Of a stretch of 64,000 nucleotides of DNA, positions 25,083 through 40,500 are shown in pieces. The DNA lies in contig OZ286460.1 of NCBI GenBank assembly GCA_965644265.1, positions 64,914,001 to 64,978,000 on the forward strand, read 5' to 3'. A program made the translations under genes and the position numbers. A model generated the notes under the pieces. The model had not been told where the DNA came from and ran no database searches. It saw only the letters and a list, made by a program, of their open reading frames with translations. Positions within the stretch are counted from its first letter, which is position 1. Every line of letters begins with the position of its first letter. Origin of the DNA: Glycera tridactyla. Lineage: Eukaryota.

Positions 25083-28000
25083 ATCTATCTATCTATCTGT
25101 CTCTCTAACTATCTGACTGTCTGTCCGTCCACCAACCAATTTATCCATATGTGGATGCGTCTTCGTATGTATGAATGAGCGTGATTGTATGTGTTAANNN
25201 NNNNNNNNNNNNNNNNNNNNNNNNNNNNNNNNNNNNNNNNNNNNNNNNNNNNNNNNNNNNNNNNNNNNNNNNNNNNNNNNNNNNNNNNNNNNNNNNNNNN
25301 NNNNNNNNNNNNNNNNNNNNNNNNNNNNNNNNNNNNNNNNNNNNNNNNNNNNNNNNNNNNNNNNNNNNNNNNNNNNNNNNNNNNNNNNNNNNNNNNNNNN
25401 NNNNNNNNNNNNNNNNNNNNNNNNNNNNNNNNNNNNNNNNNNNNNNNNNNNNNNNNNTCTATTGATCCATTTATCAATCTATCAATTCCATTTATCTATC
25501 TATCTATCCATTTATCTATCTCTCTTTCAATCTCTATATCTATCTATGTTCCTATCTTTCTAGCTATCTATCTATAGATATCCATCTAGCTATCCATCTA
25601 TCATGGACAGACAGACGGACAGACGGACAGACGTCCGCCCATCTGTATATCTATCCATCCATCCATTTATCCATCCATTCATCTATTCATCCATCCGGCT
25701 GTAGTCTGTGTGTCTGATCATGTATATGTATGTATGCATCCGACCGCCCACCCCACTTGTCATCCGACCTTTCATCACTCAATCTATCTATCTTTTCTGT
25801 GTTTCTACCGTCTTTCTGTTTACCCACTATATCATTATTTGTGTTTCACTCTGACTATCTTTTCATTCTCCCATCGATTCTATGGTGAAACACCATGGTC
25901 AGCCTCACAAGGGCGCCACCCTGAGGTTCCATCAGATATGCATTGGGCCACATCATTGGGCCACGTTTCTCTATGATACTTTCATAATATAGCACCCTAG
26001 ATTCCTATCACCTACTTACCCTATTGTGTGCGTAAGATCAGATGCTTCGGGATCGGAGCTCAACCCCATGTGTGATTTTAGATTCGATTCAAAGTGAATT
26101 ATATACATAGTGCGGTATTTACATATGTGTTGAGAAATGCAGTGTCTACTCTGTATAAGCAGCTCGTTTTCATGACACCTGGGCACGGGGCGAACCACAC
26201 TAATTGAATGAGCTCAGAATTATCGATTCGGACAGCGATAAGCTCTGTGAGATCAAAATAGTTGGTAGATTTCTAACATATTTTTCTGACTCAAACTGGC
26301 AATAAAATACGAGCCATATATGGAGTAAATATTATTGTGAAATGTATGGTTGCTTATGAATATGAAAACACGCAAGTAAAGTTAAGTTCATATTGAATGT
26401 AATTTGACATGAAAATGTGTGCTTTTGCTGGGTGAGAAATATTGGTGTAGAATCTTTGGCTTCCTGATATCTGACTGAGATCTTTGTCAAACTAAATTTA
26501 TCTATCTGTCTGTTGGCATGGAAATGGCTTCTGGGATATTGCAGGCAAAGATGACCATACCAGAGATGACGAGCACAGTTTACTCATTAGCTGAGAGGTG
26601 TTTCATGGACTGTAGGATAAGTTTCACTATTATCCTGCTAATACATAAAAACTCCTTCACTACACAGACATTTTCAAGAAGTTTTTTCTGGATCCTTGCT
26701 CTACATAATTTGGAACAGCAAGTGATTCAGAGCCAAACGAAAATATACATGAAATAATTGTTTGATTCGGATGACAGTAAAGCAAATATCATATGTACCC
26801 ATTGATGGGTGCTGGGCTATGCGCAAAACTAATCGAATGTGGTCCTTTTTATCATGACCGGAAAAACTTCACTCACTATGACAGTTTCGATGATTGGCAG
26901 CAATCTTCCTCAGAACTATCTGGCGCTAGTTTCTTTGGTCATGGTAAAAAGAACCACATTCGATCATCATCATATAATATAAACTTTCGACCAACATGCG
27001 CAGGAAAATTGATCACAGCTCATATCAGCGTACGATTCCGTGTTGAATGGACTTGGTCGATTGACCTTAGAAACGCTGATTGCTATATTTGGAAAAAGGG
27101 ACACCTTATATGAGCTTGCTGATTGAATGATTTGTTATTCAGCAAATGAAGCTCAGAAGTTCCTGATGCATTCTGCTTTCAAATTGAATCGCAGATATTC
27201 AACAAGTGCAGCGTGCAAGAAATACTGAAACAAAGGACAAAGAAGGGGGACCCTTTACTCTATATCATGAATCGGGTGTTCACTTCCTCGTTAACATCCC
27301 AGAATGAATAGACACCATTTGGAATGTCTCTTCCATGGCATGCACAAAACAATATCGAAATTACCACTTGTAGCCGAAATGTATGCCAGGCATTGTGGTT
27401 TTCCTGGCTGCCATCTACAAATTATGCTGCAGTCCCTATATGTTCTGGTTAGGAGAGGGGGTGTGGGATAGCTGTCGTCAATCAGCAATGAAGGTGGTCC
27501 AGCTGACCCATGAATGACCAGCACGACGTTTCTATTAGAACTATTTGGCACTCATTCTGATCGTATATCTATGGTACCATCAGAATCACAGCACTGATAT
27601 TCAGCTTTATATACTAATACTAGACGTTGATAGCAAGTAATATGTTTGATGTGATGAATCATCAGTGAGCCAACCTGATTCCAGACTTTGACAAACAAAG
27701 TGAATAAATACTCACGCATGTGGGGTGGGTTCAGATCCTAGAAGAAATGCATTGCTTACCCACACTGTTGTATCGGCATACTGTTGTTGTGTGGTGTGCA
27801 TGTCACTTCGAGTAGTGTTTGTGTCACTATCATACAGGTGAGAAACTCACTTCTGGTACCACACTCATTAGATGTAGGTCATGTTGTCTTCATTTTCATT
27901 TAGCAACAACTATATCATTGCCGACTTCGCAAGACTGGATAACAATAGAATATCATCTGTGTAGTGAAACACTGTTGAGCATCACTAATTCTGAGAATTG

Positions 28001-31000
28001 CATGGAATTCTTGGTGCCCTTTCACGTTATCTTCCTCCTATTATTGCTATTAGCAAATACATGTCTGCTGTCAATACCAATTAATCCGTATGCCTTTATG
28101 ATTCAAGCATTGGTTGACTGATTAATCTTATGAGAAAGCCTATGGCATTGAGACATTTTTTTCTGATCTCGCCCTTGTCGTCAGCAACCCTCTTGTCATT
28201 GTCATTGTTGGCTTGTTTCTGCTGAAGTTGTCGACTGACCCTTTCCCCACCTTCGCTACAGCTATTATTGCTCTTGCCCCCCCCCCAATTCAACAATACC
28301 CATCGGAATATATCAGATAGAACCTCATCTATTACTCTCAGTACGCTTTCCTCCCCCCCCCCTCTCTCTCTCTCTCTCTCCATCTCTCTCATTCTCAAAC
28401 ATGCACACACAGACACACTCACACACACAAATATCATATCAGGCAGTGGATTGAACTCCGAGAGAGAGTGAGTGAGGATTTGACTGGTTTGTCTCTGTGT
28501 ATTTGTGATACCGTTTTTCCAAAAGTTCTCGATATATGGCGGAAGATTGTATCTAGTCTATATAGACTCTGGATAATACATCAAATTTGAGACCAAATTT
28601 TGATCAACTAAGTGACAATATACGGAGGACAGGTTCTACACGTTTTTGACAACGCTGATAACTGATATCGATCGATATGTGACACAGAGTGCCTATGCGT
28701 GTCTTTAGGTCGAAGGCACTTAACCTGCTCACACATGTCTTTTGGGATGATGATGCTCAAGGACATGTGATCCAAAGATAGAAACATCTGTGGAAAGTCT
28801 GCCGACCAGAAGAACACAGATTCTCTTACTCATGCTTGATCGGTTTGTTGTCTGTCAACCATCTCAGCATTGTTATTCTTTCTATCTGCTGCATGTATGT
28901 GGGTCACGATCTTCAATGCACATTTCTGGATCTTGTCACTCCTGGAATCTCTCCTGAGAGCCATGCCTGCCAGTATGGTTCTATTCCCAATGAATGATTT
29001 TTCCTCTACATAAAGTTACAAAAGAAACAGATTTCGTGATCCAGGAATGTTTGTAAATGGCCATACAAAATATTTACGTTAATCATTCTCATAATTGATC
29101 TCGAATGGCAGCTGTACAGCAATTTCATTCTACAAGAGGTCATATTGTGTATAATTACACAGAGATCGAGATCGCATGTACGGACACACCCATTTATTCA
29201 ATGCTCATGATGCGATGTTTATATATTGTACCCAATGAAAGATTGTCATTTCTAATGATCGGCATGAAGTCTAGCGCGTAGCATTTTCGAATCAGAATTT
29301 GGGTCAGGTCCGGTCACTGAATCTGGAAAATGTCGAAGAAAATGAAAGATGTTTATATCCAACATATGATGAAAGGATGGGGCTTTATGCGTCTCAAGGA
29401 GGCGGTCAAATGAAGATTACGTACGTATATCGGAATCCCAAAAGCTTGAGAATGTAAGTTCATCAGAAGATTTTATGCAGCTCATGTACACTCAGTTTAG
29501 ATGAAGTGAATAATACTGCTTTGTTCTCTTTCAGGTCGACGAGCAGCCGAGCCGTGAAGATAGAGTTGGAATGTATCTGTATTTTGTATTTTTCATCGTC
29601 TTCGGGTCATTTTTCACCCTCAACCTCTTCATTGGTGTAATCATCGACAACTTTAACATGCAAAAGAAAAAGATAAGTATTTAAGCTATTTCATCATGAA
29701 TTATATAGGATTATCTACGATACTTTGCATGTCTATTCACAAAGTACACGTATTTGTACTCTCTGAAGTATGTGTCATTCCATATATGAGTGAATTCACC
29801 TGGCCAATCTTTCCTTTGATGTTATGTTTCACGATAATGTGAAAGTGTGATTTCCGGGGTAATTCCAAAATCCTGTAATAAACACTACCATAAACAGAAT
29901 ATTGGAAGCATCAAAAACAACCTGTTCCGATGCTTCGCTTTGGTAACTCTGCAGGCACCATATAGAAGACCTAGGAGTAGATAAGTGAAAGTACAACCCT
30001 ATGATATTTCTGTAGTAATCAACGAGCAATGTTGCTGTTTATCAACACTGTATGTCTCCCCTTTCAAACATACGGTCGAGGTTTAAAAACGGACATACCA
30101 ATTTCAATGAGAAAATACAACTTATATTCAGCAGGCAAGTTATTGCTGTTCGTATCATTCTTGGAAGGGGATGGTCTCATGGCAGTATTCAAAGTAGCAG
30201 AATTGTATCAACTAATGGGAAGCTGTCCGTAATTGTTGGAAGGAGAAAATAACAGAATATAAAGACATATTGCAACACCCTCACGTTTCCCTGCTGTCAA
30301 CAAACTTGTGCTTGATTGCAAAATCAAAGGTTTGGCATCTCATTTCACATTGATGACGCGTGTAGTCATGTTTGTTCTATAATTGCTGAGTGTATCACAG
30401 CATCGTTCCCTTTTAGGTCATCACATACTATTCATGTTCCTCATCAGGTTTTTCACAAGGAATGTCATATATGCTTGGCACACATGCGTCTACAATAATC
30501 ACCACAGTATTTGTTGACCTGATCCATTGAAGCAATAACCATTTAGTACTAAATGCTGCTTAATTCAAGGTAGTCGACTAAGTTTCCAATACTGACTGGA
30601 TCGAGCTTTTAAAAGGCCACAGTCAAACCATAGAGGCATGCCTCTTTCATGATGTATCCCAAACTCATGATAGAACGGAGCAATTTGATCTTCAGCGAAA
30701 CTCAAGAGTGAAGGCAAGGCGGTAGTCACAACCGCGACAATAATTCAATAAGTGAGCAGTTGTATAAAAGAAGCCATCGAGTGTGCATTGGTCTGCTGGC
30801 TAAACACCAACAAACAAACTGGTGCCATTTGAATTCTACTATGAATCCCGACAGTTATGTAATCGAACCAATCTGGCAATATGCAGGTATGAGGTGCCTC
30901 CTCCACAAATGTAAACTGTGATGCAATAGCTGATTATCAGCTATAGCCAAATGTCTCTTGCAAGATACTCGTAATTATATAAAAGGTATCCATCTTTATT

Positions 31001-31970
31001 CTTGGTCTGTATAAATGAATCTGACATGTGCCTCATGCCAAATCAAAGCAGCAGCCTGTCAAGCATATCATAGGCTTCCTGCGCAGCAATGAATTCCGTA
31101 TACCTTTAGATTTCATCATACTTCTAGAGATTATAGCACAAAAACATGAGCCAAGATCTGCTGAAATTCTATCATCATATCGGTGATCTTCAATATATAG
31201 AATACCCATGCAAGCTATTTCTTTCTGGGAGATATCATATCCCAGATCCACTGTCTTTATATGGACATCACCTGGTAGGAAGACGAGATTTGAGAAGAGT
31301 GATCTTGTATGCGCTTGCTGAGAATGTGCATTTTGTATATCCTGGTCACTGAGGTCACCGTGTAGTTTATAAGTTTCCCTTCTTAAACACATCTACAATA
31401 CTGTATATCCCAGCGTAAGTACAAGTAATATGTTGGTAAACTAATAAAGTACCAAAACACGTGGAAAGTCATCAATGGAAGTCAACAAAGTCGTCAAAGT
31501 TGGTGAGTAGTCAATACTTATAATTGCACTGAGTAGCTTACAGCCACATTTTAGAAAAATGAATTGACCTGCATACTAGTTAAACAGTGTCAATCTCAAG
31601 CAGTGTTCCTCCTCTTAAGTTATTGCACACGACAAATCAACGGATAAAGGCTTGCATTCCGCCACTAATTCTGTGTACATGTTAAGACAATGCAAAGACC
31701 TTCAGCGGCACAGCCTGCCTCGGTGGCTCAGTGGTAGCGTGCTGGGCTGGCATGCAATTAGTCCAGGGTTCAATCCCAGGGCCTACCATGCAGGAATGTT
31801 TCACCCTTCATCTTCGCTCCTCCATGGCAGGTGGTCTGATTTAGCCTACTCAAGTGCAGAAGGTGGACCTAAAACAACACCATTTCCATTTCTTCAGCGG
31901 CACACAATGTCGGTGCAGCTTATAACTCAGTACCGGACAATACAGTGTGGATAACTATTCACCTATGAAC

Positions 31971-32021
<51 letters not shown>

Positions 32022-35000
32022 GCTCTATTGGCCTATATGGTTCAATCTACCCCTACATGTTCCATAATCATTGGGTCTTCGTGCGGGGGGGGGGGGGGGT
32101 GATATACCCGACTTGCCTGATATCCATCAGTTAAAATTGATTTTCTGAGATTATTCATCGTATTCATGTTACCATATGTTGAACTAATTGTCCGAACCAC
32201 ACTAACTAGACATGAAGATATCAAATCACTTATATACAATTAGTTAGATCTTTAACCATTTAACCATGTATGTGGTGGAAATTGAAAGTACAACCTACAC
32301 AAAGGAATGTAGCTGTGTGAGAGCCATCTTAGGAGTTCACGACCGTTCCTCTCGAATATGTCCGTACCATTCTTATTGGCATTATTCGTATGTGACATAC
32401 ATCACTCACTCCTTTATGGTTTAGTCAGGGGCTTATGAAAAAAAAACCACAATCAAGGAAAAAGTGGTAATTTGAAAGTTTGAAATCTACCCGTCACTTC
32501 CGGATATTGATTGGCTACGGTAGGCTGCGGTAGGCTACGATCAGATTATCATGAAAGAAATGTGTCTATTGCCAATCAAGCAATAGAGCTTAGTTATACA
32601 AATATTGTCTCCAGGACGATACAGATTGGCTAGTTCCAGTCTTCATGTTGAGAAATGACTGTAATGTGAAGTGACGAATTCAGTTTCAACAGTTGATGAA
32701 TGTATCGATTGTGATCAGGAAGCACAGATATAATTACATGATGCATACCCTCTTCGTTGTATACATATTAGGCTGCATTCTTGTCTGCAAGTGCTCCCAA
32801 TCTCAGTCTGCAGCTATGGGAAGTCGTGGCAGAATTTGTTTTGCTGTTTTACTTGAAAGCTATAAAGTGAAATCATTCCACACCAGATGACTACTGAAAG
32901 TCTACAGCGTTTTGTAGCTGTCTATATATTATCAAATGTTTAATGTTTTTCAGGTAGGGATAGGTACCACATGGATATGAGTAGAATTCTAGTGCAATCG
33001 ATTTGGATAATCATGATGTGGTTATATTTCTCTCATCTATTTTCATATTTTCAAAGATCAGAGTTATTTACAGAAATACTGCTTCCCTTGGTTCCAACAG
33101 ATTTTTCTATTGCATTTATTGTTGACAGAATTGTTTCATGCGAATACGTTATTCAAATCATTCCTTCTTTTGAAAAATGATGTATTGTAGGTTATGACAG
33201 TTGATGCTCCTTTCCACAGCAATTCTTTTTCATCTACATACCAGATTTTCAGAAACATAAAATACTACTATGATTACTATCATCATTACTTTCTTTTCAC
33301 ACTAACTCGCATATCTTGATGAATGCCTTCAGATCTATCTGGCCGCTACACCAATTATACGAAATCCGAGTAACAAAAGCAGTGCGAATATTTTATGAGA
33401 ATATGGGTGCCTATGCTGATGTCATTACGTGTACATGTATCAGAGGGATTTGGTGTCACATCCCACGGTAGCATTTCTACCTTTCGAAATTCAATTTTAC
33501 GATTCATCATCGTAATGTTATGTTGTTGAAGCTTATAGTCAGCCCAACCAACTTCGACCTAATCGTACGTGCACGCTACAGCGTATATGACACTTTGCAG
33601 AATAAGATATGCTGATGCAGATAAAAGTGCAAAATCAGATTCGATCATTGTTCATTGCAAAGCACAGACATTCTGATCCCACAATGTAAATCGCATATGA
33701 CAACTACCGATGTTATCCGTGTGATGCTCTCTGTGTAAGGATAATATGCTATCCAATGCCTTGAACAGAATTTCCGCTGAATGAGGAGTCAAAGATGAGT
33801 TTTGGTTGCCAGAATTCAGCCTGACCTGAGCTCTTTGGCTACAACATTGTCATCAGTGATGACACATTTGAAAAAGTGACTGAATGCTCAATCTGCAGTC
33901 AATAGATCCGTGACACCTCCTTTCATCTTGTACATGTATTTTGTGTTTGCTTGCGGATTATAAGGTATGGAGGATAATTTCATCTTAGCCTTTTTTTTAT
34001 TCATTTCCATCCTTTTCTACCTAGCGTAGTATCTTGAAAATTTTCGACTTATTTATTACATATTCTTGGGACAGCAAAGCCTTTTATTGCCTGATTATTA
34101 CCTACATGCCAGAATAACTGCCCCTGTTCAGCAATTCACATTTCACTGTCTAGCTTCTTTCCATTGTTCGTCGTGAATTATGACACCAGAATGTGGTCGC
34201 CATCACACCAGCACGAAGGCTGCAGTGGTCCCCTTATTGTCTCACATTTTGTCACCTATTTTCCTACCGGTAATTCACATTGAGAGAATGAGAGCAGACT
34301 CGCAATTGGGTGCACTTTCAGAGGGCAGGACTCCATACACTTGTTGAAACGTCTTTTCAGCTGACCACGAGGGAGGAAGCCACTGCAACCAGGACTGAAA
34401 GCGAAGGCCTATTGCTCTATTATCAATATGCCTGCATTTACCTGTTTATCGCATTTGATAGCACACATTTTGATTTTTATTGTGGTTTCCAATATTTGGT
34501 ATAGTGGATGGATATGAGAATCCGTGTTCATCACATTTACACTGTGATGAATGCACCATGCTTTGGGTTCGTATCATCGATACTTCAGGTCCCCCTCAAT
34601 CAATCGTATCATCACTATATACTGTATGGCGGCAGTGGGTTATTGAAATCACTAAAGCTTCATATATTGGACTCAATATTCTTTAGTCCGAGGAAGGGAA
34701 TTGGGCTTGAAATCATTACCAATTCTGATCTACTTGAATCTGGTATGCTTGCTGCTCTTTGATGCGCAAGAATACCAGTTGAATTACCACTTGAAATAAT
34801 TCTTCGAATTTCCGAATGAAAATCAATATAGAACGCCACAACATCGATGCGATATAGACTCGGTCCAATCTTTCTATCTGTAAATTATGATTTCCCCACT
34901 GTTACGGTCCTGTGTCGTAGTGGTTGGGATAGGCACAGACTATCATCATTGAAAGATATGTAAGATTTAAGGATTTTGAAAGGGATCGTTCGCTAATGAT

Positions 35001-37482
35001 ATTCTTCCCCGTCTATGTAACTCGCTCAAAAATAATTTCAGCCAAAGGAATATCTTAATGCTATCCACAAGCTTCGTAATGGTTTGCTGCTGCGTGGTTT
35101 TGCTACTTGCAGCTTTACCTGTTCTGTCCATGGATTTCAATGGACTCTCCTACTGATGGAAAATTTGAAAAAAAAGATGGTGCGATTGAAAGTGTCTTAT
35201 ATATGAACTTTTTGCAAATCATTTGGTGCATCATTACATGCGAATGAGATAAACTCATTTATTATATGGCCTTATCATCTGATCCACAGACAGATCTATT
35301 TTCAACTATATATTTTGTAGAATGAACAATCAAGAGCATGCTACTGTAGGTTGTCAAAATGAACGTCCCATGCTACCATGTAAGGATGAGATTAGATTGA
35401 TTCCAGAGACAGACATATTGCTTGAGATGATTATTCCCTTTTTGGTAACAAATATAAGCTGGTGTTGTCTCATTGGTCTGTATGGCATGGAGGTATGCCT
35501 CCGAATGCAATCCTTGGCATTCGATCTTATACTGGTATTGTACATGTGAAATCCAGGCAGTGGCTAACGGACAGCCCACAGGCATTGATGTTTTCAGTGT
35601 TTTTAACGGGTATTCCAAGTTTGGAAGGTGACGGAAATGGGAGATTAACATGAAGACTTCACAACTGAGGCTAGAATATACACAATATATGGAGTAACAT
35701 CACATGTGAGATTCTGTCTCTTTGAGGTCAGGAGATCTTTTTTATGATACCTCTGATGTCTCACAATATGCCTCCCCCGACATTTCAGTCATATTTGATA
35801 TTTCTCATCCTATGCGAATTGTAGTGATATTAACTCTCTAGCAGAAAATGACTCGGCTTGACATACTATCAATGAATCCATCGAAGCCACAATCATGCAA
35901 TCAGGGGTGGGGGCCGGGACAGCTCACTGATGTCAGTTCGAATGAGACCTGGTACTTTAGAGTTCCTATGCGAATCACCGGTACTTCCTGGAGTTCAATC
36001 ATTTGCTTTACCTTCTTCTGGGGCCCGCCAGTCGAAATGGAATGGTCGAACATTGGATCCAGGCTTTGTAGCAGATATCAGCTCCTTGGAGCCAAGTATC
36101 CCTTGTTTGATATTGAGCATAGAGATAGCTGTAGTCGTGACAGATTTCAACCACGGGGACATATCTATTTGTTAGCAAATACCAATCACCTCTTCGGTTG
36201 TTCGCATGTGGAAGTGAATCCCATTCGGTCCTTCATGACCGGTACCTCGGGCAGGTAGATTCCTGATTCTGAAATTGTCCCTGGGAATTGCCAGTTTGTC
36301 ATGATTTGGTAGCCTGGGCAGCGTCATCTGTAGGTGGTATTGGTTGATTCTTCTTGGATAGATGCTCACTAATCCGGATTGTTCACATGTTTATGTCATT
36401 GTGATCGACGTTTACATATTGTCATTTTTGGTAATTGACAAGGGGCGAGTGAATCACGGAATATTCGAATTCAGGTATCATGCTCTCTAATGATTTCCAT
36501 ATGACCATACGAGTCAAATTTCCCAATGCAATTTAACCTTCCACGCATATAATCCGATTAGATTGATGGTGGAATAGATTCAGTCTGACTGATCCAGAAA
36601 TTGGGATGGGTTAAGGGGGGGGGGGCTTTAATGAACCCATACGTCGACTGTGCTCTTTCCTTCTGCCTGTGTTTTACCACCTCACCTTTGTTGACGATAT
36701 TTGATTACTTCCTGCCTTTTTGGAATATTTTGACCATTCCTGGATCGCCCCGACTGATTGTGGACATACCTGTGAAAGATGTGCATGTATATCAAATAGA
36801 GGTCCCGACACGAATTCTATATAGATGAGTAGTCCAAATATCAAAACATGGGTTACATGGGAAGAATGGCTCAGAATTATGCCAATCTGCAGGTGATATT
36901 CGGACATATAGGTACATTGCACGTCTTTCGGTATTTCACTACCCCTTTACTCGACAATTCTTCTGAATTTGGATATGGTTAAGGACTTTGAGATTGGTAT
37001 TGACTTTTTTCATCGATTTTGAGGTTGCATTGGTATTTGTGTATTTCTCTGCTGTTGAATGGTTTCCTGCACCCTTTCCCTCTTGATTGGCTGAATGCCA
37101 ACTCATAACTGGTGGTTTTGTGCTTACCTGATAATTTTGAAGTGCAGTATAATACTGTTGGTTTTAGATGTGTGTGCATTTATTGATTCCAAATGATTTG
37201 GAGGTGGACACTCAATACCAGTTACTTCCATCTCATACTTATGCTCGCTTCTGACATTCTTGACCAGAGCCAAAGTTTTGTCTATTCATTGGGAATTTTC
37301 GGTGAAATGTTATTTTATTTGAAAACGGAGGATTTATCTCATTCAGCCCTGCTGATACGATGCTCGCATCACAAGCAGTTCACATTTCAACTTATGTATG
37401 TAAATGCATGCATGAATATATGCATGTGTCATTCAAGTATATTGTCCTTATACTATTTCGATATCATATGCGCAGATTCGGA

Positions 37483-37540
<58 letters not shown>

Positions 37541-40500
37541 GGGAGACAACCATGCTGACGATGACCTGCAATTGTATTCAAATATAAATATGCATTCAGT
37601 TTATTGAGCTATTTTCATTGATATTGATAAGAATGATTTAGTACAGTGTACGTTTTAGAGGGACATGGCATTATCACATTCCCTTTCACATGTTACTCTT
37701 TATTGCTTTTCCACTGTTCACCCTCTGATGTCAGTCATATAGCTTTGGCATGTTCAGAAAATTTGGAGCACTAGCAATGTTTCATTGCCACAATGTTAAT
37801 TTGGCATACTGCACTGACAAGTTTAAAAAGTGATCCGTGGAACTTTTTCGTGGTGTTTAATGTGGTTAGATGGATTAGTGAAATATATGCATCTTCATAC
37901 ATCACCTACCTATTTGGCATGGTATTTTGACATGGTGTTTGGCGCTCTGTCCCAGAGGGCATTATCTTTTCTGTGCTGGCTGATATTCAGCACTGTCATG
38001 ATGCACTCATGTATGTGATTGTTACACCAGTTTTATAGTTACGTCATGGCCGGTTCGTGGTTTACGTCACGACAATACGTGCATGTAAACAGACTTAATC
38101 TAGTTTCTCGGCATTTTTGTTACCCCACTACACATATTTTCTACGTACACGTGATTACGGTTATGTTTTTTTTCAAGATTCGTTTTTCTCTTTCTTCATT
38201 TTTGACAGAAGCAGCTGTATTTACTTCACATCCGATCACAGACACATGGTGATCCATGCCGAGTGTTCAGTAGAGAAACCATCTCGAAGTACATGATTGC
38301 ACATGCTTGAAAACTGTTTCATGGTAGTAAATGATTTAAGTATATGGACCCGGACATATTTGAATTAGACGCTAAATTGATACAGTGAATTGGGTTTAGT
38401 CCGATATGACCCATTTGGTGTTGAAAGGACGTTAAACCAAAATCAATCAATCAATCAATCAATCTGTACCATTACCTGAGTGTTCATCACATTGGAACTA
38501 TGATTCATCGAATACAAATTATCTCATACAAAATTGAAGTGTTCATCTGCACTTTAAGAACACAAGATCATTGATGAAGGATCAACTTCACCAGGAGATG
38601 TTTCTTCTCTTCAAATAGACCGATGGTCCATGGTCCATCTCAGTTGCAATGACTGCGCTGTAACCATAACAATTACATTCAATCATGATCATAGAATTCC
38701 CGTGTACAGAGTATCGAAACTGTTATGGTCCTCGAGGTGTACTTGGCAATAATGTCTACTGAACTGGAAGCAATATTGATCTACATGTGAATCTGGGGGA
38801 TATCCTTTCAGGCCATTGGCTGACACTCTTGTTTAGGGCAAGAAATCCCCATGACACTATATGAAGAAAATGGCAGGACCTTTCAACTCTGGAAATCTTG
38901 TCCATATGGAGAAAGGGGGTGATTTTCTTTATATTGAAATACATGGAGGATATTCTTGCATTTATACTCTTTCCTACGATTTCACATCCGATTTTGTAAA
39001 TTTTTACCAAATTACAGCTGAAAGTTGCTGTCATTCGTTTTCCAATAGAAATGCATTTCCGGCTGTGTCATTTGCAATTTGTTCCTCATACGGCGTGGAC
39101 AATTCATTCATTACACAGCAGAAAATGCATTTCGACTTGCGTACTTGGTTATATTTGCAATCATGTGACAATGATTTTGAGAGCTTCGATTTCAGTAGGA
39201 TTCATAATCAGCGTCTCGTGAACATTGTATGCCATTTTATTGGTATTATAACTGGTATAAACTAGTCATCTATATATCACCCTTGATAAAATACAAGTGT
39301 GGCATAAAATCGTTAGTCGGACTGGGAATAGCCAGGCCAAATACGCTCATCTCAGAGCCTATATGACTGTCCTGTCAAACAATCATATTCCAGATTCTGT
39401 CCGCATTTGTTGACATTCATACATTCTCTGCTGGTGGCTTACTTCTCATTCTTATTCAACATCTAACGACCATTCTGAAATCTCATATTTTATCACCAGC
39501 CATCTTGCGATGGGTCAGCAGCTCTCTAATGACCCCCTCCCTGTGATTAGATGCATTTCACAATTGAATGTGCAACAATTTCACAAGATGGCTAGGCTAG
39601 CAAAAGCTCTACCTCCCCTCGCTTTATCAATTATTGTTCTTTGTGTGGATTTTTTAGACGTGTACTGCACATCTCAAGTTTTTCTTTTAATTCGAACCAA
39701 GCATTTTCGAGAACGCCAGGTCATTGGTATCAAAAAATGCTCATCGAGATATTAGAGCTGGCTGATTCACTAGGTCTCACTCTTTGTAACTAATAGATTC
39801 TGAAGGTGCGATGCTCAGATATTCCTAATCTGAAAGAAGATGAATAATGGAATGTCAGTTTATGTTGAGTGAGGATGAATGAATTGGTACCTTAATTCGC
39901 GAGAGGCGATACGTATAGAGCCTGGCATTTCTAGCCCGAACAAAGACACAAGAGTTTGATGTGGCCTATTGATCTTACGGGGTTTACAGATTTAATCTGC
40001 ATGACCAGATTAGGATAGTCAGATTCCGAGGATTCTGTGTCTTTTTGCAATATTAAACGACTATGGATACCAGTACCAGGTCTAGCAGAATAGCCCTCTC
40101 AAAAAGTCTGGTCTCAACATCCCATAGGCATTTCTATAGTTTCATCCCAGCAAGAGCATCTGTTGAGCGAGACTCAAAACTTGCTTGAGAGGCTAGGCAA
40201 TTGTTCGGAAAAAAATATTATCTGGTAATACCTATGTAGTGATGGGAGGCTTACTCTCTTTCTTATCATTCACAGAATCCTGGGATGTCTGGTTAGAAGC
40301 CAATTTCTACGGCATTGCATAGTCCCAGTCGTAGCTACCTACTAAGATATTTGACAGGCCTGACTAGACCAAGCCTACTGGACTATTCAACTGCTATTCT
40401 ATTTTGTTTATTATGATCATTTATGGGCTGTACCTTCCTGTCCATGACTCAGATTTATGAGTGATGTTTTCATCGGTGAAATTCTATGTACATGATGTAA

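Noticed and set aside
29673-29682. U12-type (minor spliceosome) assignment for the AT-AC intron
   Set aside because: The donor is ATAAGTATTT, not ATATCCTT, and I see no TCCTTAAC branch site near the acceptor.
32940-32960. Recursive splice site tttttcAG|GTaggg in the 15-kb intron
   Set aside because: Short pyrimidine tract and weak regenerated donor; such motifs are expected by chance in 15 kb.
35848-36369. 136-aa ORF in a GC-richer segment
   Set aside because: No recognisable motif in any frame I translated; probably a decayed repeat fragment.
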